Below, piece by piece: positions 20,401 to 27,225 of a stretch of DNA of 64,000 bases. The translations under genes and the position numbers were made by a program. The notes beneath the pieces were generated by a model that worked only from the letters and a program-made list of their open reading frames with translations, did no database searches and was not told where the DNA came from. This DNA is from Bacteroidota bacterium (lineage in GTDB: Bacteria; Bacteroidota; Bacteroidia; Bacteroidales; GWA2-32-17): positions 102-64,101 of the forward strand of contig JBBIRU010000030.1 of the NCBI GenBank assembly GCA_037441645.1, given 5' to 3'. The stretch's first letter is position 1. Each line of letters opens with the position of its first letter.

Positions 20401-20830
20401 ATTGAAATCAAATTATGTTGATGGTAATCAATGGTATTATAATAATCAGCCCATTTCAGTAGAAATAAACTCTGAATGTCCGATTATTGGAGAGGGGTCA
20501 TATTATGTAGTTTATACCGATCAATACGGTTGTTCTTCAACGTCTGAGACGATTCTTATAACAGGAAACCTTGAAACTTTTATTTCTGAATTTAAAATGT
20601 TTCCTAACCCAACTTCAAGTAATTTTGTAATAGAATGCAATTTACCAGCAAACAAATCAGGAACAATAAAAGCATTTAACTCAGAAGGAATTATTTTCAG
20701 TGAATACAAATTAGAACCGGGAATTAACAGAATAAATGTACCTGCAAGTAAATGGAGTTCACAGGTGATTTTTTGTGGGGTATTTATTGAAGACAGACAA
20801 GTTTTGTTAGGTAAAGTTGTAAAGGAATAA
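17420..20830 (+). CDS. secreted multi-repeat surface protein, T9SS cargo
   Basis: The ORF track starts at TTG 17399, but I prefer ATG 17420 (MRKFICILCCFTFPVLAYS, a signal peptide). An Fn3-like N-terminus is followed by 7 tandem ~85-aa Cys-containing modules. The C-terminal sorting domain, FKMFPNPTSSNFVIEC..., is paralogous to that of the upstream gene. Confidence 0.85.
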   Translation: MRKFICILCCFTFPVLAYSVDDPTGFAALPVSDSQINLSWNLNSNNDSVLIVFNSTNNFGIPTNGTFYSVSDTISGGGIVINKGINLLFSHTGLLPNTTYYYKIWSFTSGNIFSLGNIDSAKTFCIHEHSPYYEYFEHNGNMPDCWTQENLIGNLNWIVHDGNPYFSGSANLPAHAFDSSYCAFFGSNSSSNNGNKTKLIMPPFEFTPSNLGSLSFWACIPSNDTLNVYYKTSFNGIWILLSTISNVNGNWVNCKVVLPNPSSDYYIAFEGIKSSTLNSGICIDDIAVCKDACCPGPNSYPINGSASTCIGFNDQYSVTNSLNTNYYWSYSNSSYSSGQLLGTNIFSPSFTSIGIWKVCVTPEDTCTFGLTKCTTVCVSAGEMITGNISGSTNPCIGSIQTYTITPTPSSTQCSFNWSVPLGWTINSGNGTFQINVTVGSSNGSVSFVPLCGYCATLCPGWGLSKTVSPITIPAQPSIITGTTFPCQNSSQTYSVTNVTGVIYTWVVPSGWTITSGQNTNTIHLTVGSTNGTITVTPSNSCGIGTSRTLAVSSNLLPLQPSLITGNITPCYGTSQIYSVIEVTGVSYNWSFPAGWTQASGTTTDSVTVNTGLNSGNITVTPSNLCGNGLSTTLSVSALNVPSQPSPITGELNPCSGFNQTYSIINVSGVSYTWSFPTNWNQTGGGNTNEVSVLTTTDIGNITVIPSNTCGNGSAQSISVSPSVGLPLNVTLSGDTFPCIGTAQNYSVANETGVSFTWQIPVGWTQTSGGNSNSISVLTDSNFGFIVVTPSNNCGNGNADSIYVSVKPLPDQPSPIIGSINPCVGSTQIYNVNEAIDVNYNWSFPSDWIISGGSNSDSITFIIGNNSGNITLTPYNSCGSGNIQQLWVSTVPIVTSDVSISALPGTDFCTGTPITLVATPINEGVNPVYEWYVDGLMVGNSLNYILSTPISGSSIYFIMQSDNNCAALNPVSSDTIVIYVHSFPSPPLITVNADTLKSNYVDGNQWYYNNQPISVEINSECPIIGEGSYYVVYTDQYGCSSTSETILITGNLETFISEFKMFPNPTSSNFVIECNLPANKSGTIKAFNSEGIIFSEYKLEPGINRINVPASKWSSQVIFCGVFIEDRQVLLGKVVKE
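18320..20095 (+). repeat. seven tandem ~255-bp coding repeats (PKD-like modules) inside the 17420-20830 gene
   Basis: The module pattern P.QPS.ITG...PC.G..Q.YSV..V.GV.Y.W..P.GWT...G.....I.V......G.ITVTPSN.CG.G recurs seven times in the translation. Confidence 0.8.
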
Positions 20831-20837
20831 CTCAGGT

Positions 20838-21242
20838 ATGGCTGCTTTTGATTTCTTTTTTCGTTCACAAAACAATATAAGAATCGAGGCATTTCCTTCT
20901 ACAGAGGTATTGCAAAATCACTTAATTCATGATTTTATTGTTTATACCATTGAATTAAGAATAACCAATAATTCAGAATATTCACTGTTTATTAGAAGTC
21001 TTATCATTAAAATTCCTAAAAAAGTTGACGGTTTATTTGAACATATAATTCCAGCACCTATTGGCTTGTACCCTTATCATTTAAAATGTTCAAATACCTA
21101 TTCGGTAAAATTTAACCTTCCAAACAATTTATTCGATAAACTTAATGCCCGGGATAAAATCAGGTTTATTGTTACTGATGATCTCAATAATAGATATCTG
21201 TCAAGAAAATATACAGTTTTGGAATTAACCCCATCCCAGTAA
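20838..21242 (+). CDS. hypothetical protein (134 aa)
   Basis: ORF only. I recognised no motif, and the region is AT-rich. Confidence 0.4.
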   Translation: MAAFDFFFRSQNNIRIEAFPSTEVLQNHLIHDFIVYTIELRITNNSEYSLFIRSLIIKIPKKVDGLFEHIIPAPIGLYPYHLKCSNTYSVKFNLPNNLFDKLNARDKIRFIVTDDLNNRYLSRKYTVLELTPSQ

Positions 21243-21465
21243 GTTTTTTGAATAGTAATTTCAAATTCCGTATTTATTGTAATTTTTTTCTCGAAGGGCA
21301 AGTACAAAAAAATATTCCAAAATGTGTTTTGAGAATAACCATGTTCATTTCTTATAGGCAAAACATTCTTGATTATTAATACATTCAATAACTATACAAC
21401 AATGCTCCAAATTACCATTTAAACAAGAATGCCTGTAATAATGCTTTGTTTCACAAATAGCTTCA

Positions 21466-21921
21466 TTAATTTCCATTAAAATCCTTTCTGAATTTAGTAT
21501 GGTTTAACAGAGAATTGAAATAATTATTTTGCACATCGTCCAATACCATTTTTGCCTTCATGTACTGAAATATCTTTATCATGATTTCTTCAACCATATT
21601 TTCTCTTTCTAAATCACCATGTAGAAGTATTTTTTCTTTTTTTGAGGTTTTCTTAAAAAGGTCAGTCAATATTTGAGGGTCATAAATAACTACTCTTTCA
21701 TCATTTTTTAAGAAAAGGGATTTTACATAAATATTAAGTAACTCTAATAACTCCTTTTTCTTAATGCCGGATTGAAATTCATAATAAAACCAACCTGTTT
21801 CCGATTCAAAATTTAAAATTTGTACTACCCCTGATAAGAAATTTTCCAGTTTCTTTTTCTGTGAAGAAGATTTGATATTATGTACAAGCAGATATGTTTT
21901 CATAAATAAGACATGGGTCAA
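21466..21921 (-). CDS. hypothetical protein (145-151 aa)
   Basis: ORF only. An alternative start at 21903 gives MKTYLLVHN. I recognised no motif. Confidence 0.45.
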   Translation of the reverse strand: MTHVLFMKTYLLVHNIKSSSQKKKLENFLSGVVQILNFESETGWFYYEFQSGIKKKELLELLNIYVKSLFLKNDERVVIYDPQILTDLFKKTSKKEKILLHGDLERENMVEEIMIKIFQYMKAKMVLDDVQNNYFNSLLNHTKFRKDFNGN

Positions 21922-22308
21922 AAACTTTTTCGCATCCCAGGTCTCGCGAACCTATCAACGGAAATTGTTAATGCCCATGCCATAGCATAGACAGTAACTT
22001 TTTTCCTCGTTGAAACAGAAACTTGCGAGGTTTGGGATGCCGGAATAAAAGTTAAGCCCTTATATTTTTATTTCAATTGCAAATTTATGAAAAAAAGATA
22101 GTACTAACTCTAAATCAATATCTTTTTTAACTGAATATTTAATCTTTTCAAATTCGTACTCTCTCGCTTTTATATTTTATTGCCAAAAACTATTAAGAAA
22201 AAATGGTCATTGAAATTTTTTTCGGTTTTTCTCTTATTTTTTATTGAAAATTTTCTGAAATTTTTTAGAATTATCAAAAATTACCTAAAAATTGCCTTGT
22301 TTTTACTC

Positions 22309-22316
22309 AGAATTAT
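22309..22316. repeat. target-site duplication, left copy (AGAATTAT)
   Basis: An identical 8-mer flanks the other IS end at 23601-23608. Confidence 0.8.
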
Positions 22317-23600
22317 GGGAGTGTTCACTGAACTGTGTCAGTTTCTGTAATTCTGTTTTCAAAGTAAAGAAATAATTGATTAAGTATTCTAGGCCAATCT
22401 GCAATATATTTTGCCAATCGATTATTGAATTGTATTGTATTCATATAAACAAGCTTTAGCATTGCCATATCCGAAGTAAATGCTCCTTTGGATTTAGTAC
22501 TTTTTCTTAGCATACGATGGTACCCTTCAACAGTATTCGTTGTATAAATCAATTTTCTTATAGATTCTGGGTATTTAAAATAACAGCTAAGTCTGGGCCA
22601 ATTTAAACGCCAACTCTGTATTACTTGTGGATATTGTTTTCCCCATTTCTCTTGTAGTAGGTCAAGATTATGCTCAGCAAGATCAAGAGAACTTGCTTTG
22701 TAAACTTGCTTCAAATCACTCATGAACTCCTTTGTACTACCCCATGCAATATACTTCAAACTATTTCTTATCTGATGAATTACGCAAAGCTGAACTTCTG
22801 TTTTTGGAAATATATTTTCAATAGCATCAGCAAACCCACGAAGATTATCAATACTTGCAATTAAAATATCTTCAATACCTCGTTGGCTAAGGTCTGTAAG
22901 CACCTGGAGCCAAAAAGTAGCACTTTCATTATGGCCAACATATAGGCCAAGAACTTCTTTTTGACCTTTAATATTTACCCCCAATACCGAGTAAATAGCC
23001 TTGGTTATTACCTTTCCATCTTCTCGAACCTTAAAATGGATTGCATCCATCCATACTATTCCGTAAACCCTTTCTAATGGCCTGCTTTGCCATTCCCTTA
23101 CAGTCGGGATTATCCGGTCTGTTATAGAATTTATAGTTCCATCGCTTACACATAAACCATACATCTCCTGAAGATGTTTCTGAATATCATTATAACTCAT
23201 CCCGAGACCATATAAACCCAAGATTTTATCTTCTAAATCTCCCGGAAGCATGGTTTGACGCTTTTCTATTGTCTGGGGTACAAAGCTGCCATTGCGATCG
23301 CGGGGGGCAAAAATCTCAATGCTTCCCAAAGAGCTTTTGAGATTTTTTTGCGTTCGGCCATTTCGCCTATTTTTTGCGGCTTTCCTCGTTTCTTGGAGAT
23401 GAGAATCCATCTCTCCTTCCAAGGCTGCTTCAACTATCTGTTTTATTAGTGGTGTAAAAATCCCTTTTTCACCTGTTAGGGGTTTACCTTGTCGGAGAAG
23501 ATCAGCTGCATCCTTGCTGAATTCTTCCAAGTTAATCTCTTGCTTCATATCATAGTCAAATTTATTAATTTAAATTTGACACAGTTTATTGAGCACTCTC
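22317..23600 (-). mobile_element. IS256-family insertion sequence, 1284 bp, apparently intact
   Basis: The terminal inverted repeats are GGGAGTGTTCACTGAACTGTGTCA (22317-22340) and the reverse complement of 23577-23600 (GAGAGTGCTCAATAAACTGTGTCA), matching at 20/24 positions. A single transposase ORF lies between them. The 8-bp direct repeat AGAATTAT on both flanks fits the 8-9 bp duplication known for IS256. Confidence 0.9.
22325..23548 (-). CDS. IS256-family (Transposase_mut/MULE) transposase
   Basis: The 407-aa product has the family hallmarks: GKPLTGEKGIFTPLIKQIVEAALEGEMDSHL, NRRNGRTQKNL, IVWMDAIHFKVRE, SIDNLRGFADAI, CVIHQIRNSLKY and YTTNTVEGYHRMLRK. Confidence 0.95.
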   Translation of the reverse strand: MKQEINLEEFSKDAADLLRQGKPLTGEKGIFTPLIKQIVEAALEGEMDSHLQETRKAAKNRRNGRTQKNLKSSLGSIEIFAPRDRNGSFVPQTIEKRQTMLPGDLEDKILGLYGLGMSYNDIQKHLQEMYGLCVSDGTINSITDRIIPTVREWQSRPLERVYGIVWMDAIHFKVREDGKVITKAIYSVLGVNIKGQKEVLGLYVGHNESATFWLQVLTDLSQRGIEDILIASIDNLRGFADAIENIFPKTEVQLCVIHQIRNSLKYIAWGSTKEFMSDLKQVYKASSLDLAEHNLDLLQEKWGKQYPQVIQSWRLNWPRLSCYFKYPESIRKLIYTTNTVEGYHRMLRKSTKSKGAFTSDMAMLKLVYMNTIQFNNRLAKYIADWPRILNQLFLYFENRITETDTVQ

Positions 23601-23608
23601 AGAATTAT
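23601..23608. repeat. target-site duplication, right copy (AGAATTAT)
   Basis: See the left copy at 22309-22316. Confidence 0.8.
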
Positions 23609-23718
23609 CTGATTTTCGACCAAAATTTTTGGTGCGATCCTTGACTCGTCCTTGTATCGTCAGAATTTTATCTGTATTTTCGGACAGAACAGCCTTCGGA
23701 ATGCTCTTTTCCTAAAAT

Positions 23719-23751
23719 AAAAAGCTGACAGGATGTTTCTGTCAGCTTTTT
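23719..23751 (-). terminator. rho-independent (bidirectional-type) terminator downstream of the HTH gene
   Basis: A perfect 9-bp stem pairs AGCTGACAG (23723-23731) with CTGTCAGCT (23739-23747), with a 7-nt loop. An A-run lies on the left and a T-run on the right, so a U-tract follows the stem on either strand. Confidence 0.75.
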
Positions 23752-23820
23752 ACAGTATTATTTTACAGGCTATTTATCCGAAATGAGTTTTGCAGATAAA
23801 CCTGTAAGGGTTTTTAAGGT

Positions 23821-24141
23821 TCACTGCTTACCTGACCGTTTCCTCCTTCCATTATTTTCCCGTATTACTTTAAGATTCTCATTTAAAAATTTCTCTATAT
23901 CACGAGCACGGTAATACATGCGGTGTTTTATTTGCGAGAATTGTAACATATGTTCATCACGATACATTTGCAAGGTACGTTTTGAACAATTGAAGATTTG
24001 GCACACAGCATCGTTATCAAGCCATCGTTCGCTTAAAGGATAGCTGGATGTTCTGACTGTGTTCTTAAGTTCGGCTTCAAAACTATCTAATCTGGCTATA
24101 ATGTGATTAAAAGCAGCAGATTCAATTGTGATTACTTCCAT
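23821..24141 (-). CDS. excisionase/MerR-type helix-turn-helix (HTH_17-like) DNA-binding protein
   Basis: The segment WLDNDAVCQIFNCSKRTLQMYRDEHMLQFSQIKHRMYYRARDIEKFL matches the short HTH proteins typical of Bacteroidota mobile elements. I prefer the internal ATG at 24141 (MEVITIESAAF) to the Cys-rich extension that begins at 24216. Confidence 0.7.
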   Translation of the reverse strand: MEVITIESAAFNHIIARLDSFEAELKNTVRTSSYPLSERWLDNDAVCQIFNCSKRTLQMYRDEHMLQFSQIKHRMYYRARDIEKFLNENLKVIRENNGRRKRSGKQ

Positions 24142-24292
24142 AAACTGATTTTTTAGAATTAAACAATCGGTGAATGGTCTGTTGCAACATAAACCTGTGC
24201 AATGATACAACCACATGAAAAGTCTAAAAAGTCTTTAAAAGTCTTTTGCACGAAAAAAGACTTTTTTCCTTCTTTTATGAATGATTTTGCTG

Positions 24293-25411
24293 TTATTCGC
24301 TATTTATGCACTTTGAAATGTCAATACGTTTGGGGCTTTGCGGATGAATGCGTTTATCAATCCTGCTTTTTTTCAGCAAAGTATGAATAGTATAATAACT
24401 GAATTCCTTGCCCTGCTTATCCCTGAAGTTGGTTAATATAAAATTAAGCAGGTCTTCTTCTGTGATTTCTAATATTGGATTTCCTGAAACCTTTATTTCT
24501 GCTGTTAGTTGAATGAGTATATCTACAAAAACATTAATCTGGCAGTTACATTTAACAGGTGCATATGGCAATTTCCCTTGTAGTGTACGCGAAGACTTTT
24601 TTTGTGAAAAGTCTTTTTCTTGCTCTGTCTGTGATTCATCGACCATACCTTCAAAAAGCATAGATTTTTCAACAAAAGACTTTTTTACATAATTGCAATA
24701 GCTTGATTTGTTAGTCGGAAATAAAGAGCAAAGTTTTCTTAAAGAGAGTTCTTTCAGGACTTCATGAATTAATATTACTTCTGAATCCGGTTCCTGCTTT
24801 AAGTATGGATTGAACATTTGCTGGTATAAGAGAATGGTTCTTACTATAAAAAGGTTGAGAGCAAAGAAAATATATATGTCCTCCGGGTTATTTGTTTTTT
24901 GGGCTTCAACTAATGTGCGTTTTGCATCATGAAATAACTTTTTAGCAATTTGAATGTGCTTATTTGCGTATGCACGGATTAGCTTTTCATCATTGGTTTT
25001 TTCAAGTATTTTTTCAGCACGTATTTTAATTCGTTCAAATTCATCCCCCATTAATTCAAGATAAGATACGCACTTATAACTGTTGAAGTAAGGAATGTCA
25101 AATACTTCTTTCAATTCATAAATTCTGACTGGTTTGATATATATTTCCTGTACATTGTTATTTTTTTGAAGGATTTCAAAGTTAAAATCTGATTCAGAAT
25201 GGTAACCTATTGTAGTAAAATCTTTGGAATCTATATATTCTTTATGATTTTCATCCATTGGCAGAATTGCAATACACAAGGTATTCGCATCTTCTACAAG
25301 GTTTCTCAGGGTTTCGGGATTTGAGAATTTTGATTGGGTAGGGTTAAATTTTCCAGTTAATATCTCCTCGTACAATTTAATATGTATTCGTTCAAATATT
25401 TTATCTGGCAT
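24293..25411 (-). CDS. hypothetical protein (372 aa), mobile-element context
   Basis: It is a long ORF co-oriented with the HTH gene. The C-terminal ~70 aa (VFVDILIQLTAEIKVSGNPILEITEEDLLNFILTNFRDKQGKEFSYYTIHTLLKKS) faintly resembles the winged-helix end of RteC-type regulators. The match is too weak for me to call it. Confidence 0.5.
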   Translation of the reverse strand: MPDKIFERIHIKLYEEILTGKFNPTQSKFSNPETLRNLVEDANTLCIAILPMDENHKEYIDSKDFTTIGYHSESDFNFEILQKNNNVQEIYIKPVRIYELKEVFDIPYFNSYKCVSYLELMGDEFERIKIRAEKILEKTNDEKLIRAYANKHIQIAKKLFHDAKRTLVEAQKTNNPEDIYIFFALNLFIVRTILLYQQMFNPYLKQEPDSEVILIHEVLKELSLRKLCSLFPTNKSSYCNYVKKSFVEKSMLFEGMVDESQTEQEKDFSQKKSSRTLQGKLPYAPVKCNCQINVFVDILIQLTAEIKVSGNPILEITEEDLLNFILTNFRDKQGKEFSYYTIHTLLKKSRIDKRIHPQSPKRIDISKCINSE

Positions 25412-25670
25412 AGGAGTATCTGTTTCATAGTTCGCATTATTAAACTGCTGGGGTTTTAACCAATATAAACTGATGTTAGATTGCCTTTATTGTAGCAAAT
25501 AAATCACGAAAGCTAATCCACACACAGAATTCATAAATATTTATTTTAATAATATCTGATATTCAATTATGTATATCACGATAAAGAGAAATGTTAAAAT
25601 TTTAATTTCCTGAATTTATTTACAATTATGAAGTTAAAAATTAATCAATTCATCACTGGCAAAGGATTAT

Positions 25671-25700
25671 TTTGAGATTCAAAAGTTATTTTTACCTTTG
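25671..25700 (+). promoter_or_regulatory. candidate Bacteroidota sigma-A-type promoter (TTTG ... TACCTTTG)
   Basis: The -33-like TTTG lies at 25671-25674. The -7-like TAnnTTTG (TACCTTTG) lies at 25693-25700, after an 18-nt spacer. The site is upstream of the four-helix-bundle gene. Confidence 0.4.
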
Positions 25701-25892
25701 CAATAATTAAAAAAGACCGTTCTTTTTAAGTTTGAAAGTGTGTTATGAAAATTAGCTGGTTTTCTGGCTGGTTAAGAAAAAACACTCTTTGTAATAACTT
25801 GAAATGTAAAACATTGGAGAGAAAGGTTCTTGAGCCCCTCTCTCCGCAAGGCTTTATTAAATTATTAATCAACGCATTAAAAACACTATATC

Positions 25893-26282
25893 ATGTTTGA
25901 TTTTGAAAAACTCGATGTGTACCAGGTAGTAAAAGAGCAGAATGTTAAAGTAATTCAATATTTGAACTCGGCTCACGAAATTGATTCACTTCTTAAAGAT
26001 CATTGGAAAAGATCAAGTTTAAACAGCGTTTTAAACCTGGCTGAAGGTACCGGAAGAAAAAATACAGAAGAAAAAAAAGATTTTCTGACAGCAGCCCGCG
26101 GAAATATTTTTGAAGCAGCTACGATTCTTCAGACATTAAAAGACTTAGGAACCGTTGATGAAATTACTTATATGGACTTTTACGAAGGGTATGAAAAAGC
26201 ATCAAAAATGCTTTTAGGGATGTACAGGAGCTATAACAAAAGAGAACAATTAGTTCCGCAGGAAGAAAATTTTAATTTATAA
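25893..26282 (+). CDS. four-helix-bundle protein (23S rRNA IVS / S23p / Avd-like family)
   Basis: The start is the typical FDFEKLDVYQ. The motifs NLAEGTGRKNTEEKKDFLTAARGNIFEAATILQ are present, and the size (~129 aa) fits. Confidence 0.8.
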   Translation: MFDFEKLDVYQVVKEQNVKVIQYLNSAHEIDSLLKDHWKRSSLNSVLNLAEGTGRKNTEEKKDFLTAARGNIFEAATILQTLKDLGTVDEITYMDFYEGYEKASKMLLGMYRSYNKREQLVPQEENFNL

Positions 26283-26287
26283 TACTT

Positions 26288-26364
26288 CGGGGTATAGCGC
26301 AGTTGGCTAGCGTATCTGCTTTGGGAGCAGAGGGTCGTCAGTTCGAGTCTGACTACCCCGACCA
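26288..26364 (+). tRNA. tRNA-Pro (anticodon TGG), CCA encoded
   Basis: I folded the cloverleaf by hand. The acceptor is CGGGGTA/TACCCCG. The anticodon arm is TCTGC-TTTGGGA-GCAGA, giving anticodon TGG. The T arm is GTCAG-TTCGAGT-CTGAC. The discriminator is A, followed by CCA. Confidence 0.93.
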
Positions 26365-26365
26365 A

Positions 26366-26407
26366 ACCGGACTGACCAGATAAAAAAGGGTCAGTCCGGT
26401 TTTTTTT
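26366..26407 (+). terminator. rho-independent terminator after tRNA-Pro
   Basis: A 12-bp stem pairs ACCGGACTGACC with GGTCAGTCCGGT (26366-26400) and is followed by T7. Confidence 0.85.
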
Positions 26408-26534
26408 ATCCTCTCCATTGCCGACAGGTTGGGCAATTGCTGAAAATACAGAATTCACTTTTATGGTTCGAAATGCCTGATTTTTCTTCTATAATCATAA
26501 AAATCATCTTTTTTTTACCCAATTTTATTTCGAA

Positions 26535-26542
26535 TATTTTTG
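26535..26542 (+). promoter_or_regulatory. candidate -7 promoter box TATTTTTG
   Basis: It matches TAnnTTTG. The upstream region is T-rich but has no clean TTTG at -33. A terminator lies ~130 nt downstream, with no ORF in between. Confidence 0.3.
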
Positions 26543-26670
26543 CATTTCAACTTGTCGTTTTTTGTTTTCTAATACAAAAATAAATCGCAAAACGTTTTTA
26601 TTTGTTGTAAATCACTGAGAAATAAGTTCGAACCAATAGACCTTACCCCCCGACTTGAAAACGAAAGAGT

Positions 26671-26695
26671 CAGGAAGAAGTTCCTGTTTTTTTTT
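26671..26695 (+). terminator. rho-independent terminator in the ORF-free spacer
   Basis: The hairpin is CAGGAA-GAAG-TTCCTG, followed by T9. Confidence 0.6.
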
Positions 26696-26709
26696 GGTTT
26701 GCGCCAATG

Positions 26710-26775
26710 GGTAAAACTTTACTGTTTGGTAAGCCATAAGAAAATAAAATTCTGCAAAAAACAGTAAAGTTTACC
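26710..26775. repeat. long inverted repeat (17-bp arms, one bulge)
   Basis: GGTAAAACTTTACTGTTT (26710-26727) pairs with AAACAGTAAAGTTTACC (26759-26775). Confidence 0.8.
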
Positions 26776-26961
26776 TTCTTAAAGGACAATTTTTCGAATA
26801 TACCGGAAAATGACCAAATAAATCATAAAAAAATAAGCAGAATAGTCAGTATTCCAAAACCCGGAATTAAGGTTTTAATCTGCATATAAGAGTTTTGTTA
26901 ATTTAATTCATGGAAATTGTTAACCGGGATCAGAATAAAGCTATAACTACTAAGATATTTT

Positions 26962-26992
26962 TTTGTTACAGTTGATTTTTATTTTATATTTG
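26962..26992 (+). promoter_or_regulatory. candidate Bacteroidota promoter (TTTG-N19-TATATTTG) for the 27301 gene pair
   Basis: TTTG lies at 26962-26965 and TATATTTG at 26985-26992, separated by 19 nt. Both match the consensus. The predicted leader is ~300 nt. Confidence 0.45.
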
Positions 26993-27181
26993 GATGGTGT
27001 TTCTGAATGTTGCATTTTAAACTTGTCGTCTTATACTGAACAGGCGTTAAGATATGGGACTGACGGGGCGGTGCTGTGAGAAATACACAATAAAAATGAA
27101 AATAACCACATAATATATTTCACTAAATATCATTAAAAGCAAACATTAGCTATGAATAATTTGAGCAAAGCGAAAAAAGAG

Positions 27182-27225
27182 GTTATTGCGTTTATTTGTT
27201 GAATTTGGCAAATAAACGCAATAAC
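27182..27225. repeat. perfect 17-bp hairpin (terminator-like when read on the minus strand)
   Basis: GTTATTGCGTTTATTTG (27182-27198) pairs with CAAATAAACGCAATAAC (27209-27225), with a 10-nt loop. On the minus strand the stem is followed by CUCUUUUUUCG. There is no U-tract on the plus strand. Confidence 0.8.

Noticed and set aside
6681-20892. Short ORFs nested in or antisense to the three large cargo genes (e.g. 7973-8185, 9407-9677, 11537-11737, 12437-12664, 14481-14759, 15986-16388, 16861-17181, 17571-17765, 18769-19008, 20521-20892)
   Set aside because: All lie inside long uninterrupted ORFs with clear domain content, and their compositions are typical of off-frame translation.
21245-21465. 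Cys-rich minus-strand reading (AICETKHYYRHSCLNGNLEHCCIVIECINNQECFAYKK) and the 96-aa ORF 21098-21388 as a frameshifted HNH-like pseudogene
   Set aside because: The fragments are short and lie in different frames. Part overlaps the plus-strand ORF 20838-21242, and no complete nuclease motif can be assembled.
24293-25411. Calling the 372-aa protein RteC
   Set aside because: Only the C-terminal ~70 aa show a vague winged-helix-like pattern. The N-terminal RteC hallmarks are not visible and the protein is longer than typical RteC.
25893-26282. Diversity-generating retroelement suggested by the Avd-like four-helix-bundle protein
   Set aside because: No reverse transcriptase ORF lies nearby, and I could not find a template/variable repeat pair.
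26231-26458. Minus-strand 75-aa ORF
   Set aside because: It runs antisense straight through tRNA-Pro and its terminator, so I treat it as an artefact of ORF calling.
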